Both the position numbers and the translations under genes were made by a program. Below the pieces are notes generated by a model. The model did no database searches, was not told the DNA's origin, and was given only the letters and a program-made list of their open reading frames with translations. DNA of 32,000 nt from Candidatus Saccharimonadota bacterium (lineage in GTDB: Bacteria > Patescibacteriota > Gracilibacteria > UBA1369 > 2-02-FULL-48-14), in contig OZ246396.1 of the NCBI GenBank assembly GCA_965230905.1, positions 90,001 to 122,000 of the forward strand, in the 5' to 3' direction. Below are positions 1 through 8,044 of this stretch, one piece after another (the stretch's first letter is position 1; each line of letters begins with the position of its first letter).

Positions 1-5
1 CTGCC

Positions 6-2024
6 ATGATCAAACCCGTTCTCACTGCCGCCAAGAAATATCTTCCCCAACTCAATGAAGAAAGAGTGACGCGGGCGTATGAATTTGCCAAAACCGCACA
101 CGAAGGACAAACCCGAAAAGACGGTGCGCCTTATATCACGCATCCGGTTACGGCAGCGTTGATTTTGACCGATTTGCATGTGGATGAGGACACCTTGATT
201 GCGTGTCTACTCCACGATGTGCCGGAGGACACCACGTACACTTTAGAAGACATTGAAAACGAGTTCGGAGCCAAGGTGGAATTTCTGGTGGATGGAATTA
301 CGAAACTTTCGAAGGTGCATTACCGAAACGACATGGAAGAGCGGCAGATTGAATCTTTGAAAAAACTGTTTTTGCACTCGGCCAAGGACCCGCGCATTAT
401 TTTGATCAAGCTGGCAGACCGTCTGCACAATATGCAAACCATCGACGCCATTCCGAATCCCCAGAAGCGCGAACGCATCGCCCGTGAAACCTTGGAAATC
501 TTTGTGCCGATTGCGAATTTGCTGGGTATATGGGAGCTCAAAAATCAGCTCGAGGATTGGTGTTTTCACGTTTTGGCGCCCAAGGAATATGAAGAAATTG
601 CGCAACTGGTGAGCAGCTCGATCCTACAAAAACAAAATGTTCTGAAGAAAACCATCAAGAAAGTGGAGACCCTGCTCAAGAGTAAAAAAATAAAAAACTT
701 CGAAATAAAAGGACGCCAAAAAAATCTCTACAGCATTTATAGAAAGATGCTTCGCAGCGGAAAGAGTTTTCACGAAATTTATGATTTGCTGGGAATCCGT
801 GTGCTGACCGAGGACATTGGCGGTTGCTACCAGGTGCTCGGAATTTTGCATCAAAATTTCACGCCAAAAATTGGGCGACTCAAGGATTACATTGCGATTC
901 CCAAGTCCAACGGTTATCAAAGCATTCACACCACGGTGTTTGGCGTGGATGGCGTGATCACGGAATTTCAAATCCGCACGGAGGACATGCATTTGGAGAA
1001 CGAATATGGAATCGCGGCACATTATTTTTACGCCAAGGCGCGCAAAAAGCAGGCGCAAATGCAGAAAAAATTTAAGAAGAAATATGAGTGGGTGAAACAA
1101 ATTTTAGATCTGCAACGGAATATATCCAGCAACAAACAGTTCCTTGAACATTTGAAGCTGGATATTTTTGAAGACCGGATTTTTGTGTTCACACCCAAAG
1201 GAGATGTGATCGACTTGCCACTGGGTTCCAGCGTGCTCGACTTTGCGTATCAAATCCACAGCGACGTGGGCATGCTCGCGGTTTCAGCCGACATCAACGG
1301 GAAGATTTTTCCCATCATCACGCAACTAAAAAGCGGTGATGTCGTGATGGTGAAAACGTCTGAAGAGTCCGATGGTCCTCAATTGGAATGGCTCGACAAT
1401 GTGCACACCAACTTGGCGCGAACCCGCATTCGTGAGTTCCTTAAAGAACGTGACCGCACCACGGTTATGCACCAGGCGGAGGGACTGCTCGATCAAAAAA
1501 TTCTCGACCTTGGCTTCCCCGGCGCAGCCTCCCTCACGAGCTTACAAAAAATCATGGCGCTGGAACATTTTGAAATGGAAGGGTGGGAGGATCTTTTGTA
1601 CGAAATTGGAAACGGCACGGTGAATGTCCATGACCTGATTCACATTTTGTTCACCGATAAAGAATTGTTTGGCGAAGAACGCGCGCCGGTGGATGCGGGG
1701 CTTTATGACCGTATTCCACGAAGAAAACTCAAGGCACCCAATCCTGAAAAAGTGCATCACATATCTGTTAACATTGAGGGTGCAAACCGCATTGGACTGC
1801 TGCGCGACCTCTGCAACGAGCTCGCAAATGTGGGCGTGAACATTGTGATGGTGCAGTCTATGCCGCGCCTCCAACCCAATGTGGCGCGCATCGGATTTGT
1901 AATCGAAATTATCGATTTCGCTCAATACGAAGTCGCCATGCGGGCCATACGAAAAGTCGACGGCGTGTTCAGCGTGCTGCGTCTGCAAAGTGAGCCGGTT
2001 ACGACGAAAAGCGAAAGTGCATAA
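6..2024 (+). CDS. rel: bifunctional (p)ppGpp synthetase/hydrolase, RelA/SpoT (Rel) family
   Basis: 672-aa ORF. HD hydrolase motifs (AHEGQTRKDGAPYITHP, LLHDVPEDT, ADRLHNM). Synthetase core (YRKMLRSGKSFHEIYDLLGIRV, NGYQSIHTTV, EFQIRTEDMH). TGS-like segment (IFVFTPKGDVIDLP) and ACT-like C-terminus. The frame is open to the window edge upstream of the ATG at 6, so the true start could lie further 5'. Confidence 0.9.
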   Translation: MIKPVLTAAKKYLPQLNEERVTRAYEFAKTAHEGQTRKDGAPYITHPVTAALILTDLHVDEDTLIACLLHDVPEDTTYTLEDIENEFGAKVEFLVDGITKLSKVHYRNDMEERQIESLKKLFLHSAKDPRIILIKLADRLHNMQTIDAIPNPQKRERIARETLEIFVPIANLLGIWELKNQLEDWCFHVLAPKEYEEIAQLVSSSILQKQNVLKKTIKKVETLLKSKKIKNFEIKGRQKNLYSIYRKMLRSGKSFHEIYDLLGIRVLTEDIGGCYQVLGILHQNFTPKIGRLKDYIAIPKSNGYQSIHTTVFGVDGVITEFQIRTEDMHLENEYGIAAHYFYAKARKKQAQMQKKFKKKYEWVKQILDLQRNISSNKQFLEHLKLDIFEDRIFVFTPKGDVIDLPLGSSVLDFAYQIHSDVGMLAVSADINGKIFPIITQLKSGDVVMVKTSEESDGPQLEWLDNVHTNLARTRIREFLKERDRTTVMHQAEGLLDQKILDLGFPGAASLTSLQKIMALEHFEMEGWEDLLYEIGNGTVNVHDLIHILFTDKELFGEERAPVDAGLYDRIPRRKLKAPNPEKVHHISVNIEGANRIGLLRDLCNELANVGVNIVMVQSMPRLQPNVARIGFVIEIIDFAQYEVAMRAIRKVDGVFSVLRLQSEPVTTKSESA

Positions 2025-3093
2025 CGTCGCCGTCGCGCACAATGTACTCCTTGCCCTCTAAGCGCATGAGACCTTTTTCGCGCGCCTTCACTTCGCCGTT
2101 GCAGTCCACAAAGTCTTGCCAATTTATAACTTCCGCGCGGATGAAGCCTTTTTCAAAATCCGTGTGAATGACTCCGGCCGCTTGCGGCGCCGTGGAGCCT
2201 TTTTTAATAGTCCACGCTCGCACTTCTTGTTCGCCCGCCGTGAGGTAGGTTTGGAGGCCGAGCAAATCGTAAGCATCACGAATGAGTCGTCGAAGACCGG
2301 TTTCTTTGAGTCCAAGGTCTGCGAGGTAACTCTGCGCTTCTTCTGGGCTGAAGCTCACAAGGTCCGCTTCCACTTTCGCGGAAATGGGAATCACTTTGGC
2401 TTCGGCTGGCAGGTCAAGGGCGCTGCGCAGTTCACTTTCTTGAATGGTCGCGAGTTCTTCCTCCCCCACGTTCACAATGTACATCAGGGGCTTCATGGTG
2501 ATGAGGTGCAGGTCTTGGATGAGGAGTTTTTCTTCGTCGGTGAGCTCCACTTGAATGGCGAGTTTTCCGGTTTCGAGTGCCAATTTGATGCGTTCCAAAA
2601 TCGCGTGGTAAGCAATTTTTTCTTTGTTTCCGCTGCGGGTTTCGCCAAGGGATTTGGCCATGCGTTTTTCCAGTGTTTGAAGGTCCGCCAAAATGAGTTC
2701 GGATTCAATGATTTCGCGGTCACGTTTCGGGTCCACATTGTCGTGCACATGGATCACGTTTCCATCTTTAAAATAACGCACCACTTGCGCGATGGCGTTG
2801 CATTCACGGATGTGAGAAAGGAATTGATTCCCGAGTCCTTCCCCCTGGCTCGCGCCTTTCACAAGCCCGGCCACGTCCACAAATTCCACAATCGCAGGGA
2901 TCACTTTTTTGGTTTGCGTCACTTCTTGGAGCGCGCCGAGGCGGTCATCCGGCACTTCCACCACACCCACATTGGGGTCGATGGTACAGAACGGATAGTT
3001 CGCGGCCTGCGCCGATTGGCTGCGGGTGAGCGCATTGAACAAAGTAGATTTTCCCACATTGGGCAGCCCGACAATAGCGATTTGTAGATTCAT
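1999..3093 (-). CDS. ychF: ribosome-binding ATPase YchF (Obg-like family)
   Basis: 364-aa ORF. P-loop N-terminus MNLQIAIVGLPNVGKSTLFNALT. C-terminal YchF/TGS signature RAWTIKKGSTAPQAAGVIHTDFEKGFIRAEV. Its 3' end overlaps rel by 26 nt (convergent). Confidence 0.95.
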   Translation of the reverse strand: MNLQIAIVGLPNVGKSTLFNALTRSQSAQAANYPFCTIDPNVGVVEVPDDRLGALQEVTQTKKVIPAIVEFVDVAGLVKGASQGEGLGNQFLSHIRECNAIAQVVRYFKDGNVIHVHDNVDPKRDREIIESELILADLQTLEKRMAKSLGETRSGNKEKIAYHAILERIKLALETGKLAIQVELTDEEKLLIQDLHLITMKPLMYIVNVGEEELATIQESELRSALDLPAEAKVIPISAKVEADLVSFSPEEAQSYLADLGLKETGLRRLIRDAYDLLGLQTYLTAGEQEVRAWTIKKGSTAPQAAGVIHTDFEKGFIRAEVINWQDFVDCNGEVKAREKGLMRLEGKEYIVRDGDVMHFRFSS

Positions 3094-3114
3094 GGTTGAG
3101 AAAGTGCGCTCAGT

Positions 3115-3609
3115 CTACTCAAGAGCAGCCAGATTCTCAATACCAAGACGATCCACAATAAAAATGAGGTCTTTACGTCGGATCCATCCTTCAGAAGCTG
3201 CACGGAGTAGCGGCACCTTTCCCAAGGGGAGGAAAAAATCACATGAGCCGGGCCCCCTCCATCCGCTGTGAACCCGCAGCCTACGATCAGCCGGATCCTC
3301 AGGCTCGAAAGGTCTGCCAATAAAAAGACTGCTTTGAATACTTTTTCCAGGAAGCGGTAGGTTTCGTTTTCTTAGTTTCCGTTCTAACCCAACACCCGCT
3401 CGCAATTGCGCGTCCATTGCTTGGAGATTTTCAATCAATGTGGCTACTTCTATACGAACTAATTCCTCGTATTGGTGAATTTCGATCTGGCCGATTTCAG
3501 CCAAGCCTTGATCTGACCAACGGTGAAAAGGTGCTTGAACGCTGAACCGGGCACAATCCTGCTGATGGAAGGTTTCACCGTCACTGGAAAGTTTGAGTAT
3601 TGAGGGCAT
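3115..3609 (-). CDS. hypothetical protein, 164 aa, no family recognised
   Basis: Intact ORF ending 21 nt upstream of the ychF start on the same strand, so probably co-transcribed. I can name no motif. Confidence 0.45.
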   Translation of the reverse strand: MPSILKLSSDGETFHQQDCARFSVQAPFHRWSDQGLAEIGQIEIHQYEELVRIEVATLIENLQAMDAQLRAGVGLERKLRKRNLPLPGKSIQSSLFIGRPFEPEDPADRRLRVHSGWRGPGSCDFFLPLGKVPLLRAASEGWIRRKDLIFIVDRLGIENLAALE

Positions 3610-3690
3610 ATGAATGGTTGCTAAGGCCTTATCTCACAGGAAAAGAGCCATTCTGTCCACTAACGACTGTCGTCAGCGTTGAATGACAGT

Positions 3691-3999
3691 TTAGAAAAAT
3701 AGCAGCGTGGTCCCTTTGTTTTTCACCAGGGTTTTGAACTCGTCGTCCAGCACCAAGTCCTTGGGGATGCGTACAAAAGGCAGCGTGGCCTTGGCGGCGC
3801 GCTTGGCCATATCCAGGGTTTTGGTGCAGCCAATGATGGGTTTATCAAAAGAATTTTGAATCACGCGCAGGTCGCCTTTCACTCGCATATTGTCCAAATC
3901 CACTTCAAACAGATCGGCGTCATCGTGAAAATGCCGAAGCTGCTTCACAAGCAGAATAAAACTTTCGGGGTTGAGCTTAATAATCCGTTGGGAGTCCAT
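3691..3999 (-). CDS. hypothetical protein, 102 aa, no family recognised
   Basis: Intact ORF. A -10-like TAGCAT (4007-4012, minus strand) ends 7 nt upstream of its ATG. It is divergent from the MscS-like gene across a 23-bp spacer. Confidence 0.4.
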   Translation of the reverse strand: MDSQRIIKLNPESFILLVKQLRHFHDDADLFEVDLDNMRVKGDLRVIQNSFDKPIIGCTKTLDMAKRAAKATLPFVRIPKDLVLDDEFKTLVKNKGTTLLFF

Positions 4000-4022
4000 C
4001 GGAGCTATGCTAAATTAAAACC

Positions 4023-4505
4023 ATGGACTTCACAATGATCCCTTTTGAAAGTTACGGCCTCATGCAGCCTTTGTCGTTTTACCTAAGCCGCGGGGTTTTC
4101 ATTTTAGTGGTGCTCACGGTGGCCGTGCTGGCCAACCGTTTCATTCGCTTTAAAAAATTCCCTTTTCTCAAGCCTTTCCGCCGGATTTTGATCTGGGTTT
4201 TTGCGACACTGCTCATTTTGAGCAATTTGGGTTTCGACATCAGTTCCATTATTGCGGGGCTGGGAATCGGAGGACTCGCCCTGGCGCTGGGACTTCAAAG
4301 CACGCTGGAAAGCTTTTTCAGCTCGCTCACTTTGCTCACCGATAAAGCTTTTGTGGTCGGCGACACCATTCGAATAACAGGTTACGACGAAGGAAAAGTT
4401 CTCAAGATTGGCTTCCGCAGCACCATTGTGGAAACGGCAAAGAAAACCATTCTCATTATTCCTAATAAAACGCTGGCAACCGGCGTTATTGAAAAGCTTA
4501 AATGA
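4023..4505 (+). CDS. short MscS-family mechanosensitive channel-like protein
   Basis: 160-aa ORF. Hydrophobic N-terminal half, then an MscS pore-helix/beta-domain signature (GLGIGGLALALGLQSTLESFFSSLTLLTDKAFVVGDTIRI...GFRSTIVETAKKTILIIPNKTL). It ends directly after the beta domain, so the usual C-terminal alpha/beta domain is absent. Confidence 0.65.
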   Translation: MDFTMIPFESYGLMQPLSFYLSRGVFILVVLTVAVLANRFIRFKKFPFLKPFRRILIWVFATLLILSNLGFDISSIIAGLGIGGLALALGLQSTLESFFSSLTLLTDKAFVVGDTIRITGYDEGKVLKIGFRSTIVETAKKTILIIPNKTLATGVIEKLK

Positions 4506-5212
4506 AAAAATTCACTTCAAAGCTAGTTAAAATCACCGCGCTCAATCACGATGTTTTCCAGTTCGACTTCACGTATCCCGAGGATTTGGATTTTTTGGCC
4601 GGGCAGTTTTTTATGCTCGAAGTTCCCACGCCGGAACGCAAGATGACGCGCTCGTATTCCATTGAAAGCGAACCTACCAATAAGGAGTTTTTCTCGCTGT
4701 GTGTGAAGCTTTTGGAAGGCGGAATCGGGTCTGAATATTTGCGGAAAATGAACGTGGGCGACGAGGCGGGTTTTATGGCTCCGTTTGGACATTTTGTTAT
4801 AAAAGACAACGGCAAAGACGCTATTTTGGTGGCCACCGGAACGGGACTCGCTCCTTTTATGAGCATGCTTCCCACTTGGTTCAAGGCCGGCGCGACGCAA
4901 AATATCACGCTGTACTTTGGGGTTCGGCATCAAGAGGATTTGTTTTATGTAGACGAACTGCGGGCGTGGGAGGCTGCGCATCCGAATTTCCGCGCAGTGA
5001 TCACTTTGTCTCAGCCAACGGAAGGCTGGACCGGCGACACCGGCCGCGTGACGGAGCATTTAGACACACTGAGTTTTGAGAATTCCACGGTTTATATTTG
5101 TGGAAACGGCGATATGGTAAAAAGCGTGAAAGATCTCTTGGATTCCAAGGGCGTGGCTCGTGAGGACATTTGTTTGGAGCAATTTACGCCTCTTCCTCCT
5201 CGGCAGGCATAG
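4502..5212 (+). CDS. FAD/NAD(P)-binding oxidoreductase, ferredoxin-NADP reductase (FNR) family
   Basis: 236-aa ORF. RxYS-type flavin motif (TRSYSIES). NAD(P)-binding GTGLAPFMSM. Late ICGNGDMV motif. Start overlaps the MscS-like stop (ATGA at 4502-4505). Confidence 0.8.
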   Translation: MKKFTSKLVKITALNHDVFQFDFTYPEDLDFLAGQFFMLEVPTPERKMTRSYSIESEPTNKEFFSLCVKLLEGGIGSEYLRKMNVGDEAGFMAPFGHFVIKDNGKDAILVATGTGLAPFMSMLPTWFKAGATQNITLYFGVRHQEDLFYVDELRAWEAAHPNFRAVITLSQPTEGWTGDTGRVTEHLDTLSFENSTVYICGNGDMVKSVKDLLDSKGVAREDICLEQFTPLPPRQA

Positions 5213-5561
5213 GTGGGCAGAGTTCATCAAATACTCCTAGCTTGAAGGCCCGTGCCACTCCATCCTTTTCCCATGTAGTGATGGCAGACGCGAAAAGATC
5301 TGGGTCTCTTGGTAAAGTGAAAGGATGGCCTGCTTTCAAACCTGGTTTAATAAAATAATTATCGCCTCTTGCTTCCAAGGAGAATTCTACCTGGCGTTTC
5401 CCTGACTCTACTTCTGCTAAAGCAGCATACAAATCATCAATAAAAACCGTAACTTCTTCTGGTTTCGGTTCAATAATAGGTTTATCAAAATCGAGCAGAT
5501 CCCCATCGCCTGCAACATTTTCTATGTATTCCAGCGTCACAAAATCTTGATGAGGTGCCAT
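5184..5561 (-). CDS. hypothetical acidic protein (126 aa from internal ATG)
   Basis: The longest ORF (5184..5678) runs through tRNA-Phe. The first ATG clear of the tRNA is at 5561 (MAPHQDFVTLEY...). C-terminus is acidic (PAEEEEA). Its 3' end overlaps the FNR-like gene by 29 nt. Confidence 0.4.
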   Translation of the reverse strand: MAPHQDFVTLEYIENVAGDGDLLDFDKPIIEPKPEEVTVFIDDLYAALAEVESGKRQVEFSLEARGDNYFIKPGLKAGHPFTLPRDPDLFASAITTWEKDGVARAFKLGVFDELCPPMPAEEEEA

Positions 5562-5633
5562 ACGTTTTAATTTAGAAGAACCAACTTTAGCATAAAATTG
5601 GAATAGGTCAATACCCCTCCCTTGAAGAGAAAG

Positions 5634-5708
5634 TGGTGCCGCAGGGCGGGATTGAACCACCGACACGTGGATTTTCAATCCACTGCTCTACCACTGAGCT
5701 ACTGCGGC
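5634..5708 (-). tRNA. tRNA-Phe (anticodon GAA), CCA encoded
   Basis: The reverse complement folds as a cloverleaf: GCCGCAG-TA-GCTC-AGTGGTA-GAGC-A-GTGGA-TTGAAAA-TCCAC-GTGTC-GGTGG-TTCAATC-CCGCC-CTGCGGC-A-CCA. Confidence 0.9.
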
Positions 5709-5757
5709 ACATGGGCCAGTTTACTGATTTCTTTGGTGGACGCAATGAAAAATAAGC

Positions 5758-5786
5758 TTGCAGTTCTCATAAAGTCGTTTTATACT
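5758..5786 (+). promoter_or_regulatory. sigma70-type promoter TTGCAG-17 nt-TATACT upstream of rpmG
   Basis: Hexamers at 5758-5763 and 5781-5786 with a 17-nt spacer. The ATG lies 24 nt downstream of the -10. Confidence 0.4.
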
Positions 5787-5810
5787 CCTCCAGCTTTCGA
5801 CTAAAAATAT

Positions 5811-6008
5811 ATGGCAAAAGGTAAATCAATTCCGTACGTGTGGATCTGCCAAGAAACCAAAATGATCAATGGATCAGGTTGGGCGCAGCGTGAGAAAGTG
5901 AAGGACATGACTAAAATGAAGTACAGTCCTAGCCTTCGCAAACGAACTGAGCACAAGGCTAAGCCAGTTAAGAAGGGGGGAACGAAAGCGTTAGTTAACG
6001 CCAAATAG
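5811..6008 (+). CDS. rpmG: 50S ribosomal protein L33
   Basis: 65-aa basic ORF beginning MAKGK. The segment KMKYSPSLRKRTEHKAKP matches the conserved L33 C-terminal pattern (LRK[FY]xPxxR[KQ]Hxx[HY]KE.K). The antisense ORF 5801..6004 is treated as a shadow. Confidence 0.7.
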   Translation: MAKGKSIPYVWICQETKMINGSGWAQREKVKDMTKMKYSPSLRKRTEHKAKPVKKGGTKALVNAK

Positions 6009-6689
6009 TTTTCCCAGAACGTCTCCTACAACGAATGCGATGGCGGCTGCGAAGCCCCCTATTAATGCTGTCTCCAAACCTGTAAGGATCCAACTCCGCG
6101 CACTGAAGCGACTTTTAACGGTGCCCACAAAAAAGAGGGCCAGCAAGGTTGCGACGCAGGTCCCAGTGAAAAGGTTTTTCTCGTCCCAGCCCATGAAGCT
6201 TTGAGCGGTGTAGCCCAGCAGTGGGATCAGCCCCACCAGAAGAAAGGCCAGAAAGGTGAAAAAGGCGCCTTTTACCGGGTTCACGTTCTCTTCAATCACA
6301 TTGAATTCATGGTTGAGCATGAGCTTTACCCACATTTTTGGATTGCTGGTGATCACGGCCTCCGCTCGCTTGAGATTTTCTCCTTTAAATCCGAACTTTC
6401 GGAAGATTTCACGCACTTCTTCGCGTTCTTCCTTGGGTTTTTCTAGAATAGACTGAATCTCATCGGTTTTAATCGCGTGGATGCGGTCGAGTTCGGCTTT
6501 ATCGCTGGAATATTTACCCACCGCCATGGAAAATCCGTCGGCAAAGAGGTTGGCAAAACCTAAAATGAGAATAACCGGAGTGGACAGTTCAGCTCCCACC
6601 ACGCCGGCCACCACTGCAAAAGTGGTGATCGCACCATCGATTCCACCGTAAGTGAAGTCGGGAAGCCAGTTGTATTTCATTTTTTTCAT
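5991..6689 (-). CDS. VIT1/CCC1-family iron/manganese transporter
   Basis: 232-aa ORF. N-terminal GGIDGAITTFAVVAGVVGA and GFANLFADGFSMAVGKYSS, a central charged cytoplasmic helix region, and C-terminal TM helices. This is the typical VIT-family layout. Confidence 0.85.
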   Translation of the reverse strand: MKKMKYNWLPDFTYGGIDGAITTFAVVAGVVGAELSTPVILILGFANLFADGFSMAVGKYSSDKAELDRIHAIKTDEIQSILEKPKEEREEVREIFRKFGFKGENLKRAEAVITSNPKMWVKLMLNHEFNVIEENVNPVKGAFFTFLAFLLVGLIPLLGYTAQSFMGWDEKNLFTGTCVATLLALFFVGTVKSRFSARSWILTGLETALIGGFAAAIAFVVGDVLGKLFGVN

Positions 6690-6742
6690 AGATTGGTGTG
6701 GCGTTACTCGCTACAATACGCCTGTTGACATTAACTCGCCAT

Positions 6743-7507
6743 ATGAAGATCATTTGCTGGAATGTGAACGGCATCCGCGCGGTGATGAAAAAGGGGTTTC
6801 TGGACCTTTTGGAGGTGGAAAAGCCGGATATTTTGTGTGTGCAGGAGACTAAGATTCAAGCGCATCAACTGACGCAGGAAATGATCAATCCGCTTGGGTA
6901 TTACAGTGAATGGGTGTCTGCGAAGCAGGCCGGTTACAGTGGTGTGGCGACGTTTTCGCGCGAGAAACCGCTCCGGGTGCAGAAAGAACTGGGCGGAGGC
7001 CGCCATGATGACGAGGGACGTTTGATTTTAACGGAATTCCCTGATTTTGTACTGGTGAATACGTACATCCCCAATGGCGGCCGTGGCGATCATCGGGTGG
7101 AATACAAATTGAATTATTATGACGAGATGATGGATGTACTGGAAGCCCTGCGCAAAGCGGGCAAAAATGTGGTCGTGTGTGGCGATTTTAACACCGCGCA
7201 TACCGAAATTGACCTCGCCCACCCACGCGAGAACGAGGGCGTGAGCGGGTTTTTGCCTGTGGAACGCGCGTGGGTCAGCAAGTTTATCGCGGCCGGATAC
7301 GTGGACACCTTTAGACACTTTCACCCGAACGAACCCGAACACTACACCTGGTGGAGCTACCGCACGGCGGCGCGGACGCGCAACATCGGCTGGCGTATCG
7401 ATTATTTCTTCGTAAATAAAGAATTCTTGCCCCGCGTGAAAAGAGCGTGGATTTTGGCGAACGTGGAAGGCAGCGACCATTGCCCGGTTGGGCTAGAGAT
7501 TGACTAA
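6743..7507 (+). CDS. xth: exodeoxyribonuclease III
   Basis: MKIICWNVNGIRA..., CVQETK and SDHCPV motifs. Start set at ATG 6743, not GTG 6698, because a TACAAT -10 box lies at 6712-6717, inside the GTG-extended ORF. Confidence 0.9.
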   Translation: MKIICWNVNGIRAVMKKGFLDLLEVEKPDILCVQETKIQAHQLTQEMINPLGYYSEWVSAKQAGYSGVATFSREKPLRVQKELGGGRHDDEGRLILTEFPDFVLVNTYIPNGGRGDHRVEYKLNYYDEMMDVLEALRKAGKNVVVCGDFNTAHTEIDLAHPRENEGVSGFLPVERAWVSKFIAAGYVDTFRHFHPNEPEHYTWWSYRTAARTRNIGWRIDYFFVNKEFLPRVKRAWILANVEGSDHCPVGLEID

Positions 7508-7526
7508 AACGGCCAATGCCCTGGTA

Positions 7527-7544
7527 TTCACCCCCGGGGGTGAA
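7527..7544. terminator. 18-nt perfect palindrome TTCACCCCCGGGGGTGAA between convergent xth and folA (candidate bidirectional terminator)
   Basis: The sequence is its own reverse complement. It lies in the 48-bp gap between two convergent stop codons. A T-rich tract follows on the + strand. Confidence 0.45.
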
Positions 7545-7555
7545 ATCTACAATAT

Positions 7556-8044
7556 TTATTTTCCTGACAAGTACCTCACAAACCTGAATGTGAAGCCTTT
7601 TTCTTCCATTTCCTCGGAGATTTCTTTCATCAGGAATCCGGCGGGAATTTCTGGGAAGAACGCGTCGCAATCCACACTGCCTTCCACTTCGGTGAGGTCG
7701 AGTTCTTTGCAGGCGGGGTGTTGAATGGCCTCGGCATATAAAGTCGCTCCACCAATCACAAAGGTTTTTCCTTCGGCGAGCTCCAAGGCTTCATCGAGCG
7801 AGTGAGCGAGTTTCACACCCGTCGGCAGTTCAAGTTCGCTGCGGCTGATCACAATATTCACGCGTTCTTTGAGGGGCCGATACGCTTCCGGTAAAGAGTC
7901 CCATGTTTTCCGTCCCATGATCACGGTGCCGCCTTTGGTGGTGGCCGCAAAATGCTTCAAATCTGCAGAAAGATGCCACGGAAGTTGATTGTCCTTCCCG
8001 ATTCCCCGGTTCTCGTCCATGGCGGCGATGATTGCAAAATCCAT
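7556..8044 (-). CDS. folA: dihydrofolate reductase
   Basis: 162-aa ORF with IIAAMDENRGIGKDNQLPWHL and VIMGRKTWDSLP motifs. Its start overlaps the thyA stop by 1 nt. Confidence 0.9.
   Translation of the reverse strand: MDFAIIAAMDENRGIGKDNQLPWHLSADLKHFAATTKGGTVIMGRKTWDSLPEAYRPLKERVNIVISRSELELPTGVKLAHSLDEALELAEGKTFVIGGATLYAEAIQHPACKELDLTEVEGSVDCDAFFPEIPAGFLMKEISEEMEEKGFTFRFVRYLSGK

Noticed and set aside
2116-3087. 323-aa + strand ORF antisense to ychF
   Set aside because: It lies entirely inside the strongly supported ychF gene. It has low-complexity, Phe/His/Arg-rich composition typical of a shadow ORF and no motif.
5562-5678. N-terminal extension of ORF 5184..5678
   Set aside because: The extension runs through tRNA-Phe (5634-5708), so the start was moved to ATG 5561.
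6698-6742. GTG-initiated 15-codon extension of xth
   Set aside because: A TACAAT -10 box lies inside the extension, and ExoIII homology begins at MKIICWNVNG.
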